DNA of 64,000 nt, from positions 4,992,001 through 5,056,000 of the forward strand of contig OZ244937.1 of the NCBI GenBank assembly GCA_965222075.1, written 5' to 3'. The notes under the pieces were generated by a model. It searched no databases, had not been told where the DNA came from, and saw only the letters and a list, made by a program, of their open reading frames with translations. Position 1 is the stretch's first letter; every line of letters starts with the position of its first letter. This stretch comes from Candidatus Latescibacterota bacterium (GTDB lineage Bacteria > Latescibacterota > UBA2968 > GCA-2709665). Made by a program: the position numbers and the translations under genes. Below, in pieces: positions 1-9,395 of the stretch.

Positions 1-191
1 TCTCGCCCCAGTTCGATGGCGTAGGTGGAAAGGTCGATCTCTTTGAGGGGAAACGCGAATCCCTCCGGGTAGTAAATGGCCCGGAGATAGACCACCAGGG
101 CCGATTCCAGGTAGGCCATGGATACCGCAAAGACGATCAGAGCGCCCAGGGCCCGGAGATGGCCGGTATGAGATTGCGGGTCGGAATTCAG
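1..191 (-). CDS. Conserved hypothetical membrane protein (partial, runs off the window start)
   Basis: Minus-strand frame reads ...LGALIVFAVSMAYLESALVVYLRAIYYPEGFAFPLKEIDLSTYAIELGR. A GAGGAGGTG SD lies just upstream; the start codon is uncertain (possibly CTG at 191). Confidence 0.6.
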   Translation of the reverse strand, partial: MNSDPQSHTGHLRALGALIVFAVSMAYLESALVVYLRAIYYPEGFAFPLKEIDLSTYAIELGR

Positions 192-513
192 TGCGTCTCA
201 CCTCCTCAAGCATAACAGGTCTTTACCTGCCCAAAACTACGCGCCCTCACCCGGAATGTCAAGCCCGTTGCGCAACGCCGGAAGTCTCCCGGCGCTTTTT
301 CATGTTGACATTCGGCTCATCCTGTACATCATTATCCTCTGTCATCCATGCAGGCCCTTTGCGGCCTTTTGTTCGCATGCAAAGGACTTTTCTCCACGAA
401 CAACGAGGCTTGGGATGTGTAAAGGAGGTGAAATGGAGTGTCTCAGGCCTGAGGAATAGAGGACGGTAGTTTCATGTTTAACCATCCACCCGTAGGTATA
501 AGGAGGTCCAGAG

Positions 514-957
514 ATGGCAGGGACGATTCCCTTAATCAGTTCCGGTGTGGCAGGCCCCTTAGGGGCAGTTCACCTGCCCCGGTTGTGGCAGAAAGTGCTC
601 CTGAGCGCCGCGGGCCAGTTGGCCGAGGGGTACGATGAATGCGGGATGGGGTTCGATCAGATGGTCCTGGATGGGCTGAAGGTCGACCGGGATGCTGCGG
701 TGAATTTCATCAAGGAGAATAAGCCCACCTATGCGGCTTTTGAGCAGTGGGTTGTGGCACAGCGGGGCGGCAGCATTTCCGAGGAGGAGATCGAGGCCTC
801 GAACGCGGCCATCGGGGGCTATAACCACGACGATGATACCCGGGGGGCGATCCTGTCAGCGGCCGACGTCGCGGACGATGGGTCGGTCCTGGATGCGGTC
901 AACCTCAACAACTTAGATGACTGGACCGAGTTTCACGCAAGTGTGACCGGTGGGTAG
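514..957 (+). CDS. DUF5069-like protein
   Basis: 147-aa ORF with AGGAGG SD. The PLISSGVAGPLGAVHLPRLWQK...GFD motif resembles the DUF5069 family as I recall it. Confidence 0.7.
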   Translation: MAGTIPLISSGVAGPLGAVHLPRLWQKVLLSAAGQLAEGYDECGMGFDQMVLDGLKVDRDAAVNFIKENKPTYAAFEQWVVAQRGGSISEEEIEASNAAIGGYNHDDDTRGAILSAADVADDGSVLDAVNLNNLDDWTEFHASVTGG

Positions 958-1041
958 AACGGCGAAGCGTTCGGCCATAGGCGGTCGGGACCTGTATGCA
1001 TCGATTGCCACTGGCCGAACGCTTTTCGTTAGGAGGGACAG

Positions 1042-1932
1042 ATGGCAAATTCAGACTATACCATCGGCGTGGTGGGCGTGGGCCGGATGGGGGGCAATAT
1101 CGCGCGCCATTTGAAGGACGAGGGGTTCTCGGTTCAGACGGTATACGATATCCGCCCGGAGGTTGCAAAGGAGCTGGCTGAAGAGATCGGGGCCGAGGCG
1201 TCCGATACGCTTGCCGGGGTGACGGCGGCGGCGGCGTATATCATCACCGTGGTGACCGACGATGACTCTATGCGGACCATTTTCGCCGAAGAAGGGGATA
1301 GCCTTCTGCAGGACGCCGGGGGAAAGGTGTTTATCAATTGCGCCACGATTACCCCTCAAGTGCACGTGGAGGTAGAAGCGCTTGCGGCGCAGGTGGGTGC
1401 CAACAGCCTGGAAGGGTGCATGGCCAGCAGCATCACGCAGGCTCGAGAAGGTACGCTTTATTTCATGTGTGGTGGAAAGCGCGAGGTGTTCGACCGCGCA
1501 AAGCCGATTTTAGATGCGATGAGCGTCGATTTGAGGTACGTCGGAGAGGCCGGCCGGGCGGCGCAGGTAAAGGCACTGGTGAATATGGTGATGAATATCA
1601 ATACGGCGGGCCTGGCCGAAGGCCTGGGTCTGGGCGCGGCGCTGGGGCTGGATCTGACGATGCTGCAGGAGGTGTTTTCGCAGACAGGGGCCAACTCCCG
1701 GGTGCTGGAGACGGACGGAGAGGATATGGAGAACCGGGACCACGAGTGCTATTTCTCGTCGGCGCATGCTTCAAAGGACTCCGGGATCGCCCTCAGCCTC
1801 GCTCAAGACGCAGGGTTGAACCTTCCTTTGGCCGAGGCGACGAAGAAGCAGTACGACCGGATGATCGAACTCGGCAAGGGCGAGCTGGACAAGTCGGGGG
1901 TTGCCGAACTCACGTTTCCGGGCAGGGGATAG
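1042..1932 (+). CDS. NAD(P)-dependent beta-hydroxyacid dehydrogenase (3-hydroxyisobutyrate dehydrogenase family)
   Basis: GVVGVGRMG Rossmann motif, catalytic KALVN, KD motif near the C-terminus, GGAGG SD. Confidence 0.9.
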   Translation: MANSDYTIGVVGVGRMGGNIARHLKDEGFSVQTVYDIRPEVAKELAEEIGAEASDTLAGVTAAAAYIITVVTDDDSMRTIFAEEGDSLLQDAGGKVFINCATITPQVHVEVEALAAQVGANSLEGCMASSITQAREGTLYFMCGGKREVFDRAKPILDAMSVDLRYVGEAGRAAQVKALVNMVMNINTAGLAEGLGLGAALGLDLTMLQEVFSQTGANSRVLETDGEDMENRDHECYFSSAHASKDSGIALSLAQDAGLNLPLAEATKKQYDRMIELGKGELDKSGVAELTFPGRG

Positions 1933-2139
1933 GAAAGGGATTTCGGATTTCGGAATGCGGCAAAAGCATTCATTCCGAAATCCTTTCACGCCCGGAACGG
2001 GGAGAGGTTTCGGGCGTTGGGAGAACTCCCGTTTCCCTGTTTGAGGTGCGAATGCCCGACTGAAGAGGCCCTCGTGTACCTGGAGGGAATAGCGTACAAT
2101 GCGGATAGGGGATTCGTGATTGAGGTCTTAGAGGGCGAT

Positions 2140-3234
2140 ATGAAAATTACGCAAGTAAAAGTGTACGATTTGAGGTATCCCCTGGTTGAACCGTTCGCAA
2201 ATTCACGGGTGTGGACGAAGGCCAGGACGGCAGGTGTGGTGGAGATTGTGACCGACGCCGGCATTACAGGCTGGGGGGAAGGGCTGCATGCGCCGGACCG
2301 GGCGGCGGTTGAGGCGGTGTTGATCGGGCGGGATCCGTTTGACGTGGAGGTGATCTGGCAGGATCTGTACGCGCGCGGCTGGGGGGATATCGCGGCGATG
2401 AGCACGGTGGATATTGCCCTGTGGGACATTATGGGGAAGGCTCTGGACATGCCGGTCTATCGCCTGCTCGGCGGGGCGTTCAGGGACCGCATTCCGGCCT
2501 ATGCCAGCGGGCTTTTTAAAAAGGAGAAGCCGGATGTGACCGGGGCCTTGATGGATGAGGCTAAGGGGTATGTGGACCAGGGCTTCCCGGCCGTGAAGAT
2601 GAAGATCGGCTTTGGAGAGGCGTACGACGTGGTGAACGTTGCCGCGGTGCGGAAGGCGATTGGGGACTCGGTCTTGCTGGCGGTGGATGCCAACTGCGGC
2701 TACGATGCGGCAACGGCGATTGACGTGGGACAGAAGATTTTAGAGAACGACCTGTTCTGGTTTGAAGAGCCGATTTCGACGGATGATGTGGATGGCTATG
2801 TGGAGATCCGGCGTGCGCTGAAGGTGCGGATTGCCGGAGGGGAGATGCTGCGCGGGCGCTTAGCGTTCCGGGACCTGATTCAGAAGCGCGGGGTTGATAT
2901 TGTGCAGCCTGATATCAGCGTTGCGGGCGGGTTTACGGAATGCCGCAAGATCGCTGCAATGGCGAGCGCCAACCACGTCCGTCTGCTGCCGCACATGTGG
3001 GGTAGCAGCATCCGGCTGGCGGCGACCATCCACTGGCAGGCGACGATTCCTGATGCGCCGGAGGCGGTCCATCCGATCCCGTCGCTGTTCGAGTTCGATA
3101 TGACGGAGAACCGCCTGCGGACGGATCTGGCCAGGGAACCGATTCGTGCGGTGGACGGATATGTGCCGGTGCTGCAGAGACCGGGGCTGGGGATCGAGAT
3201 CGATCGAGAGGTTCTGGAGAAGTATGCGGTGTAA
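2140..3234 (+). CDS. Mandelate racemase/muconate lactonizing enzyme family protein
   Basis: MKITQVK start, GWGE, DIALWDIMGK, KMKIG, DAN, EEP, GE, QPD and PH motifs. Confidence 0.92.
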   Translation: MKITQVKVYDLRYPLVEPFANSRVWTKARTAGVVEIVTDAGITGWGEGLHAPDRAAVEAVLIGRDPFDVEVIWQDLYARGWGDIAAMSTVDIALWDIMGKALDMPVYRLLGGAFRDRIPAYASGLFKKEKPDVTGALMDEAKGYVDQGFPAVKMKIGFGEAYDVVNVAAVRKAIGDSVLLAVDANCGYDAATAIDVGQKILENDLFWFEEPISTDDVDGYVEIRRALKVRIAGGEMLRGRLAFRDLIQKRGVDIVQPDISVAGGFTECRKIAAMASANHVRLLPHMWGSSIRLAATIHWQATIPDAPEAVHPIPSLFEFDMTENRLRTDLAREPIRAVDGYVPVLQRPGLGIEIDREVLEKYAV

Positions 3235-3252
3235 AGTAAACAACTTTTTTGA

Positions 3253-3308
3253 ACCGCAAAGACGCAGAGAAAGATCGAAATTCTCTGCGAACTCTGCGTC
3301 TTTGCGGT
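3253..3308. repeat. Palindromic intergenic repeat, ACCGCA(G/A)AGACGCAGAG family
   Basis: Perfect 17-bp inverted arms ACCGCAAAGACGCAGAG / CTCTGCGTCTTTGCGGT. Confidence 0.85.
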
Positions 3309-3338
3309 GAGTTTGTTTTGCAGGGAAAGGAGCAGGGT

Positions 3339-4592
3339 GTGGCGAAAGTACCAAGGAGATCCGATCTGGCGATGTACGGGGGGAAACCGGTGCACACCAG
3401 GCCGTGGCGGACCGGGTTGTTTCACTTTTCGGCGGAGGTCGAGGCGCTGAAAAAGGTGCTCTCAGGACCGGCGCTGCCCTTAGCGCGCGGGAGGTCGGTG
3501 ATGGCCTACCGGAAGGGGTTGGAGGCGCTCTACGGTATGAAGTACGCCATTCCGACGAGTTCCGGAACCGCGGCCATCCACGTGGCCCTGGCCGCCGCAG
3601 ATGTGGGCGCGGGGGATGAGGTGATTGTAAGCCCGGTGACGGACTACGGGAGCATCGCCGGAATTATACAACTCAATGCGATTCCGGTGTTTGCGGATTT
3701 GCAGCCCGACGGTCTGTTGATGGACGTCGACTCGATTGCCGAGCGGATTACGCCTTACACCCGCGTGATTATGCCGGTGCACAATGGGGGCTACGCGGTG
3801 GATATGCCGGTTCTGATGAAGCTGGCCCGTAAGCACAAGATTACGGTTGTGGAGGATTGCGCTCAGGCGCACTTAGCGTCGATCAAGGGGAAATATCTGG
3901 GCACGTTTGGACACCTGGGGGCCTGGAGCACGAACGAGAGCAAACACATGAAGTCGGGAGAGGGCGGGTTTGTGCTGACAAACAACCGGAAGATGGCGGA
4001 GAGGGCGGATCTGTTTTCAGATAAGTGTTATCCGCGGTTTCCCGGGGCGCCAAAGACGCCTGCGTTTCCGGCGGTAAACGTGCGGTTGAGCGATGTGAAT
4101 GCGGCGCTGGCACTGGTTCAGTTGAAGCGGGTGCCGAAGTGGATCGCCCGGCGCCAGGCCTTTGGTGAGGCATTTTACAAGGAGATCGAGGGGGTTGCGG
4201 GGGTGCGGCCGCACCCCCAGCCGGGTGGGGCGGTGCCAAGTTTCTGGTGGACGCTGTTCGTGGTGGATAAAGAGGCGCTGGGGGTGGACGCAGGGGAGTT
4301 CTGCGAGATGGTCAAGCACGAAGGCATTCCGGCTTTTGCAAAGCCGCAGCGAAACATCCTGGAGTGGGAAATTTTCCGTCGACTGCACAAGGATACGAAG
4401 GCGTTCAGGAGCTACCGGCCGGAGCGGTTGAGGAAGGGGGCGTTTCCGCTGGATATTGCGCCCAACGCCCAGACGTTTGGAGAACGCGTGGCGGCGATCC
4501 GGATGACGCAGCACAATAGTGTGGGAGAAGCGCGTGCGGCGGCCCGTGCGGTTGGCAAGGTGGCGGGGGTGCTGCTGGGGGAAAGGGCGTAG
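3339..4592 (+). CDS. DegT/DnrJ/EryC1/StrS family PLP-dependent aminotransferase
   Basis: SSGTAAIH, GDEVI, EDCAQAH and S...K...GEGG motifs. GTG start after AAGGAG. Confidence 0.92.
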   Translation: MAKVPRRSDLAMYGGKPVHTRPWRTGLFHFSAEVEALKKVLSGPALPLARGRSVMAYRKGLEALYGMKYAIPTSSGTAAIHVALAAADVGAGDEVIVSPVTDYGSIAGIIQLNAIPVFADLQPDGLLMDVDSIAERITPYTRVIMPVHNGGYAVDMPVLMKLARKHKITVVEDCAQAHLASIKGKYLGTFGHLGAWSTNESKHMKSGEGGFVLTNNRKMAERADLFSDKCYPRFPGAPKTPAFPAVNVRLSDVNAALALVQLKRVPKWIARRQAFGEAFYKEIEGVAGVRPHPQPGGAVPSFWWTLFVVDKEALGVDAGEFCEMVKHEGIPAFAKPQRNILEWEIFRRLHKDTKAFRSYRPERLRKGAFPLDIAPNAQTFGERVAAIRMTQHNSVGEARAAARAVGKVAGVLLGERA

Positions 4593-4750
4593 GAGTCACA
4601 TTCCAGGGAGGGGAGACGGTCCTGTGAGCCGGAGACAGGCAAAGCGGGGTGGAGGTCTGCATTCCGCAGATGAAATGTGGGCAACTATTATCTCGAACGG
4701 GTTTTGTCCGTTGAAAAATCTTCAATCTTCAATCTCCTGGGAGGAGGACG

Positions 4751-5320
4751 ATGGACGTTTTAGAAGCCATTCGAACCCGCCGCACCATTTTTCAGTTCAA
4801 GCCCGATCCGGTGCCGATGGAGGTGCTGGAAAGGATCTGTGGATACGGCATCTGGGCACCCAACCACCATTTGACGAACCCCTGGCGGTTTACAGTGCTG
4901 GGGGAAGAGGCGAAGGAGAAGCTCGGGCGGCGCTATGCCGAGATCCAGATAGAGAAGTGCGCAGACGGCGTGGGTGACGAGATCCGGAAAAAGGCGGGCG
5001 AGGCGGGATACAACAAATTCCTGTCCAAGCCCACGATCGTGGCCGTGTCCTGCCTGCAGGAGGGGGACGAACAGCAGAAGCGGGAGGACTACGCGGCCAC
5101 CTGCTGCGCGATGATGAACGTCCAGCTCGCCGCCTGGAACGAGGGTGTGGGGATGCAGTGGAGCACCGGGCCGATTACGATGGAGGAGGGGACGTACGCG
5201 TTGCTGGGGGTTGACCCGGAGCGGGAGTACATCATCGGGTTCTTCTATACGGGATACCCCGAGGCGGTGCTGAACAAGGAGCGAAAGCCGCTGAGCGATG
5301 TGCTTCGCTGGACGGCTTGA
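4751..5320 (+). CDS. Nitroreductase family protein (YdjA-like)
   Basis: AIRTRRTI...F, APNHHLTNPWRF and GVGMQW motifs. Confidence 0.9.
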   Translation: MDVLEAIRTRRTIFQFKPDPVPMEVLERICGYGIWAPNHHLTNPWRFTVLGEEAKEKLGRRYAEIQIEKCADGVGDEIRKKAGEAGYNKFLSKPTIVAVSCLQEGDEQQKREDYAATCCAMMNVQLAAWNEGVGMQWSTGPITMEEGTYALLGVDPEREYIIGFFYTGYPEAVLNKERKPLSDVLRWTA

Positions 5321-5324
5321 CCTA

Positions 5325-5411
5325 ACTGCAGAGACGCATAGAAGGCAGAGGCGGGCGTAATCGGACGGTGGGCTGTTTCTCAGCTTTCTGCGATCTGCGG
5401 GTCTCTGCGGT
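5325..5411. repeat. Degenerate copy of the ACCGCAGAGAC palindromic repeat between convergent genes
   Basis: ACTGCAGAGACGCA ... GGTCTCTGCGGT arms. Confidence 0.65.
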
Positions 5412-5425
5412 ATTCCCTATCGAAC

Positions 5426-6325
5426 TCAAGACCTGGTGCGGGCCTCAATGCCGGCCAGGTCTTCCAGGACGGTGAGCAGGCCCGAGTGGTCCAGCTCGCC
5501 CCGGTCTCTGGCCAGGGCGGTGTTGAAGAGTTCGTGCACCACGCCGGTGACGGGGATGGGGACCTGGTAGTCGTTTCCGGTTTTCATGATGATGTTGAGG
5601 TCTTTGTAGTGTAGCCGGATGCGGAAGCCGGGGTCGAAGTCGCCGTTGACCATCCGTTCGCCCCGGTTCTCCAGGACGCCGCAGCGGGCGAGGCCGCCGC
5701 TTAAGACCTGGACGATCTTGATGGGGTCCACGCCGGCTTTGGCGCCCAGCACGAGCGCCTCGCTGACCCCGGCGATGGTGACGGCCACGAGGATCTGGTT
5801 GCAGGCCTTGACGGTCTGCCCCGCGCCGAGGGGACCGCACAGGACGATGTTTTTGCCCATGACTTCGAAGATGGGACGGACGGTCTCAAAGGTCTCCTCG
5901 TCGCCGCCGGCCATGATGGAAAGGGTGGCGTTCTGCGCGCCCACATCCCCGCCGCTGACGGGGGCGTCGAGGCATAGCACGCTCTTTTCGGCCATGGCCT
6001 CGCCGATGCCGACCGCCACGCTGGGCGCGATGGTGCTCATGTCGACGAAGATGTCGCCGTCGCTTACCCCTTCGATGATCCCGTCGGGGCCGAGGGCGAC
6101 GGACTCCACATCGGGCGAGTCGGGCAGCATGGTGATGATGACCGAGCTGTTCTTGGCCACTTCTCTGGGAGAGTGGGCCTCCTGTGCGCCGGCGCCGACC
6201 AGTTCGGCCACGGCCTCCCGGCTCCGGTTGTGGACGACCAGTTCGTAGCCTGCGGAGAGGAGGTGCCTGGACATCGGTTTGCCCATGATGCCCAGGCCGA
6301 TAAAGCCGATTTTGGGTTTTGCCAT
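5426..6325 (-). CDS. garR: 2-hydroxy-3-oxopropionate (tartronate semialdehyde) reductase, GarR/GlxR-like
   Basis: IGFIGLGIMGKPM, DAPVSGG, KACNQ and FDPGFRIRLHYKDL motifs. AAGGAG SD before ATG at 6325. Confidence 0.85.
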   Translation of the reverse strand: MAKPKIGFIGLGIMGKPMSRHLLSAGYELVVHNRSREAVAELVGAGAQEAHSPREVAKNSSVIITMLPDSPDVESVALGPDGIIEGVSDGDIFVDMSTIAPSVAVGIGEAMAEKSVLCLDAPVSGGDVGAQNATLSIMAGGDEETFETVRPIFEVMGKNIVLCGPLGAGQTVKACNQILVAVTIAGVSEALVLGAKAGVDPIKIVQVLSGGLARCGVLENRGERMVNGDFDPGFRIRLHYKDLNIIMKTGNDYQVPIPVTGVVHELFNTALARDRGELDHSGLLTVLEDLAGIEARTRS

Positions 6326-6527
6326 GGTCACTCCTTGTTAGAGATGGGTCAGTTCTGAAACATTTTTAAAATTTGGCCTTATAGAAGGCCCAGACGGCGG
6401 TGCTCCGGGTACGCCAGAGGACTAAAAGATGGCTCTGGTGGCCCTGTCTCCGGCGTTCACCGCCCGTAAGCCGGGGTAGGTTCTCGGAAAAGCGTTGCAA
6501 GGCCGGATCAGGCTTCAACCAGATCCC

Positions 6528-6556
6528 AATGTATACAAGGTAATGTATTCTGGCAA
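6528..6556 (-). promoter_or_regulatory. Putative sigma70 promoter upstream of garR
   Basis: TTGCCA-17 bp-TACATT on the minus strand. Confidence 0.45.
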
Positions 6557-6585
6557 GTACAAGTAGGGGCGCATTGCAAAGCGGA

Positions 6586-7419
6586 TTATCCATCCACGAA
6601 CAGCGGAAGATCTGAAGCGGGGATAATGCCGGCGGCCTCAGCGCGGGCGAGGAGGTCGGCGATGGCGGCTTCGCCGTCGGGGCCGTAGTCTGAGGTGTAG
6701 GCGTTGACGTAGAGGTCGATGTGCTGCTGCATGACCTGCTCGTCCATCTCCTGGGCGTGCCGGCGGATGTAGGCGCGAACGCTTTGGGGATTGGCGTGGG
6801 CGTATTCGACGCTGGCTTTGAGGGCGCGGTTGATCCGTTTGATGAGGGCGCGGCCGAGGTCCCTGCGGGTGAGGATGCCGCCTAAGGGGATGGGGTGGCC
6901 GGTGGTATCTTCCCACCATTCGCCCAGGTCAATGACTTTGCGGAGACCGTAGTCCAGGTAGGTGAATCGGCTTTCGTGGATGATGAGGCCGGCGTCCACA
7001 TCGCCTTTCCGGGCGGCTTCCATGATCTGGTGGAAGGGGAGGACGACCAGACCGTCCAGGGCGGGGTTGAAGAGGCGGAGGAGCAGGGCGGCGGTGGTGA
7101 GTTTTCCGGGGATGGCGATTTTCTTGTTTTCCAGATCGGCAGGGCCGAGGGGCTGCCGGGCGACGACTAAGGGACCACACCCGCGCCCGAGCGCGCCTCC
7201 CGAATGCAGGAGGCAGTAGCGGTCGCGGAGGTGGGCGAGGGCGTGAAAGGAGATTTTGGTCGTGTCGAGCCGGTTTTCAAGGGCCATCCGGTTGAGGGTT
7301 TCGATGTCTTCTAAGATCTCCCGAAACGGGGGGGCGCCCTCGATCTTGTCGTGTACGAGCCCGTAGAAGATGTAGGTGTCATTGGGACAGGGGGAATAGC
7401 CGAGCGTGATAGGCGTCAT
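6586..7419 (-). CDS. mqnD: 1,4-dihydroxy-6-naphthoate synthase (futalosine menaquinone pathway)
   Basis: LGYSPCPNDTYIF, GGALGRGCGPL, IIHESRFTY and HIDLYVN motifs. Confidence 0.95.
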   Translation of the reverse strand: MTPITLGYSPCPNDTYIFYGLVHDKIEGAPPFREILEDIETLNRMALENRLDTTKISFHALAHLRDRYCLLHSGGALGRGCGPLVVARQPLGPADLENKKIAIPGKLTTAALLLRLFNPALDGLVVLPFHQIMEAARKGDVDAGLIIHESRFTYLDYGLRKVIDLGEWWEDTTGHPIPLGGILTRRDLGRALIKRINRALKASVEYAHANPQSVRAYIRRHAQEMDEQVMQQHIDLYVNAYTSDYGPDGEAAIADLLARAEAAGIIPASDLPLFVDG

Positions 7420-7452
7420 GCGTTTTGAATCCTTATCCTTGAAACTTGGCCC

Positions 7453-8211
7453 TTATAATATAGCTGGCGTATTGGGGTTTTTAAGATCGAGGCTTTCAAC
7501 AAGCGCTCCGGCCGCCTGCTGCGCCCGGTTCGCGGCCAGGTTCAGGTCCCAGGTCTCACGGCTGCGGTCTTCCACGCGGTTGCTGATGCCGCGGAGTTCG
7601 AGGAAGGGGACCCCGTAGAGCATGCAGAGGTGCGCGGCGGCGGCGCCTTCCATATTCTCACAGATGCCGTTGAACCGGGCGGCGAGTTCGTTGCCTGCTG
7701 AGGCCCGGCCGCTGCACTGCTGGACGGTGATGAAGGGCCCGGAACGGACCTGGGGCGCGGGGGCGTCCCAGGGGATGTTGCGGACCAGTGCCTTTGCCCG
7801 GGCGACCAGGGCGGGGCGCAGCGGAAAGCGGTTGAAGTAGTCCCGGTCTTTCTGGAGGACCGGGATGCCGATGACGTCGGCCGGCTGCCAGCCGTCGGGG
7901 GTGAGGACGCCGAGGTCACCGTAATTTTCCTCGGTGGCAATGGCGAGGTCTCCAATGCCGAGGCCTGAGGACAGGTACGCGCCGCCGCCGCCGATCTGGA
8001 GGACCAGGACGGGGCGAGAGGCCTGGAGGACCGCGGTGAGGGCCTGGGCGGTGTTGACGGCGCCGATGCCGGTTTCGAGGAGGACGACGGTCCGGTCGGC
8101 CAGTAGTCCCTGGACCTGATTCCTGTGCGCAAAGGTCCGGCTTTCAGCGGCCCCAAGAGCGTCCCGGAGGGCCTGCTGCTCGAAGGCGGTGGGGGTCAGA
8201 ATCAGGAACAT
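7453..8211 (-). CDS. mqnB: Futalosine hydrolase
   Basis: GIGAVNTA, ENMEGAA and RGISNRVEDR PNP/MTAN-fold motifs; adjacent to mqnD. Confidence 0.9.
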   Translation of the reverse strand: MFLILTPTAFEQQALRDALGAAESRTFAHRNQVQGLLADRTVVLLETGIGAVNTAQALTAVLQASRPVLVLQIGGGGAYLSSGLGIGDLAIATEENYGDLGVLTPDGWQPADVIGIPVLQKDRDYFNRFPLRPALVARAKALVRNIPWDAPAPQVRSGPFITVQQCSGRASAGNELAARFNGICENMEGAAAAHLCMLYGVPFLELRGISNRVEDRSRETWDLNLAANRAQQAAGALVESLDLKNPNTPAIL

Positions 8212-8237
8212 AGTTTGCGAAACGCGGTGGGGTCCTT

Positions 8238-9275
8238 TCACGTTTCCGACAGCGGCCAGGGAGGCAACACCCCCAGCTGGGTGCCAAGCGTCTCCAACTC
8301 CCGGAGGTGGGCTTCCAGCATGGGGATGCCGCTGGCGAGCCTCTCTTCCCGGGCGATCCACTCGGGTTCTCCGGGATAGTAGACGCGGTCTATGCCGGGG
8401 GCGGGTCTGGCGCTGCGGATGCTTTCGATTCGGGCGTCGACTTCGGCTTTGAAGGTCTCCGGGTCGGCGAAGGTGGCGACATTGAGGGCGACGAAGAGGT
8501 GCCCGGAACGGTCGGTGTCGGGGAATCCGGCGCCGGTGAGGATGCCGCCGATGCAGTTCATCACGATTGAGAGGCCCGAGCCTTTGGGGCCCATGGGGAC
8601 CACAATACGGGCCTGAGCCGGGTCGTCGGTGGGCTCTCCCGCTTCGGTGAGGCCCCAGCCAGGGGGGATCTTTTCACCCCGGGCCTGGGCCATGCCGATT
8701 TTTCCGGCGGCGACCACGCCGGTGGCCATGTCCAGGACGATAGGACGCTCTTTTCCGGCCGGGACGGCATAGGCAAGGGGGAAGTTACCCAGGACCGGTT
8801 CGATGCTGCCGAAGGGGGCCATGTTGCCCCGGAGCCTGCGCCCGCCGGTGGTGTTGAAGCCGACCATGCCGGTCTCGGCGGCCATGATCGCATAGTAGGC
8901 CGCAGCGCCGTAGTGGTTGCTGTTGCACACCGCAGCGATGCCGACGCCGGCCCCGGCGGCCTTGTGGATGGCCTGCTGCATGGCGTGGTGCGAAACGACC
9001 TGCCCCAGGCCGTTGTCGCCGTCTATGTGAAGGTAAGCGCCGCCCTCGGCAAGCGTGCGGAGTTTTGCCGTAGGGTTGACTCGACCGTCCAGGATCTGTC
9101 GGGTGTAGCCGACGATGCCCCGGGTGCCGTGGGAGTGGACACCCCGCAGGTCGGCTTCGATCTGGATGCGGGCAGTGATGTCGGCGTCGGCCTCCGGAAC
9201 GCCTGCGGCCCGGAGGATGCGGGCGCAGAAGCTTTTGAGATCGTCGGCGGAGACGGTGCGGGTAGGTGCGGACAT
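8238..9275 (-). CDS. Ldh_2 family oxidoreductase (type 2 malate/L-lactate dehydrogenase, AllD/ComC-like)
   Basis: ADLRGVHSHG, DGDNGLGQ, NSNHYGAA, LDMAT and KGSGL motifs. Confidence 0.92.
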   Translation of the reverse strand: MSAPTRTVSADDLKSFCARILRAAGVPEADADITARIQIEADLRGVHSHGTRGIVGYTRQILDGRVNPTAKLRTLAEGGAYLHIDGDNGLGQVVSHHAMQQAIHKAAGAGVGIAAVCNSNHYGAAAYYAIMAAETGMVGFNTTGGRRLRGNMAPFGSIEPVLGNFPLAYAVPAGKERPIVLDMATGVVAAGKIGMAQARGEKIPPGWGLTEAGEPTDDPAQARIVVPMGPKGSGLSIVMNCIGGILTGAGFPDTDRSGHLFVALNVATFADPETFKAEVDARIESIRSARPAPGIDRVYYPGEPEWIAREERLASGIPMLEAHLRELETLGTQLGVLPPWPLSET

Positions 9276-9316
9276 AGATCAGGCAGCTTTTGAGGTATTC
9301 TCTTTAAAACCTTTGA

Positions 9317-9372
9317 ACCGCAGAGATGCAGAGATCGCAGAGGCGAGCACTATTCTCTGCGTCCTCTGCGGT
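9317..9372. repeat. ACCGCAGAG palindromic repeat copy
   Basis: ACCGCAGAGATGCAGAG ... CTCTGCGTCCTCTGCGGT. Confidence 0.8.
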
Positions 9373-9395
9373 GAATTTTGAATTTTCAGGACCAT

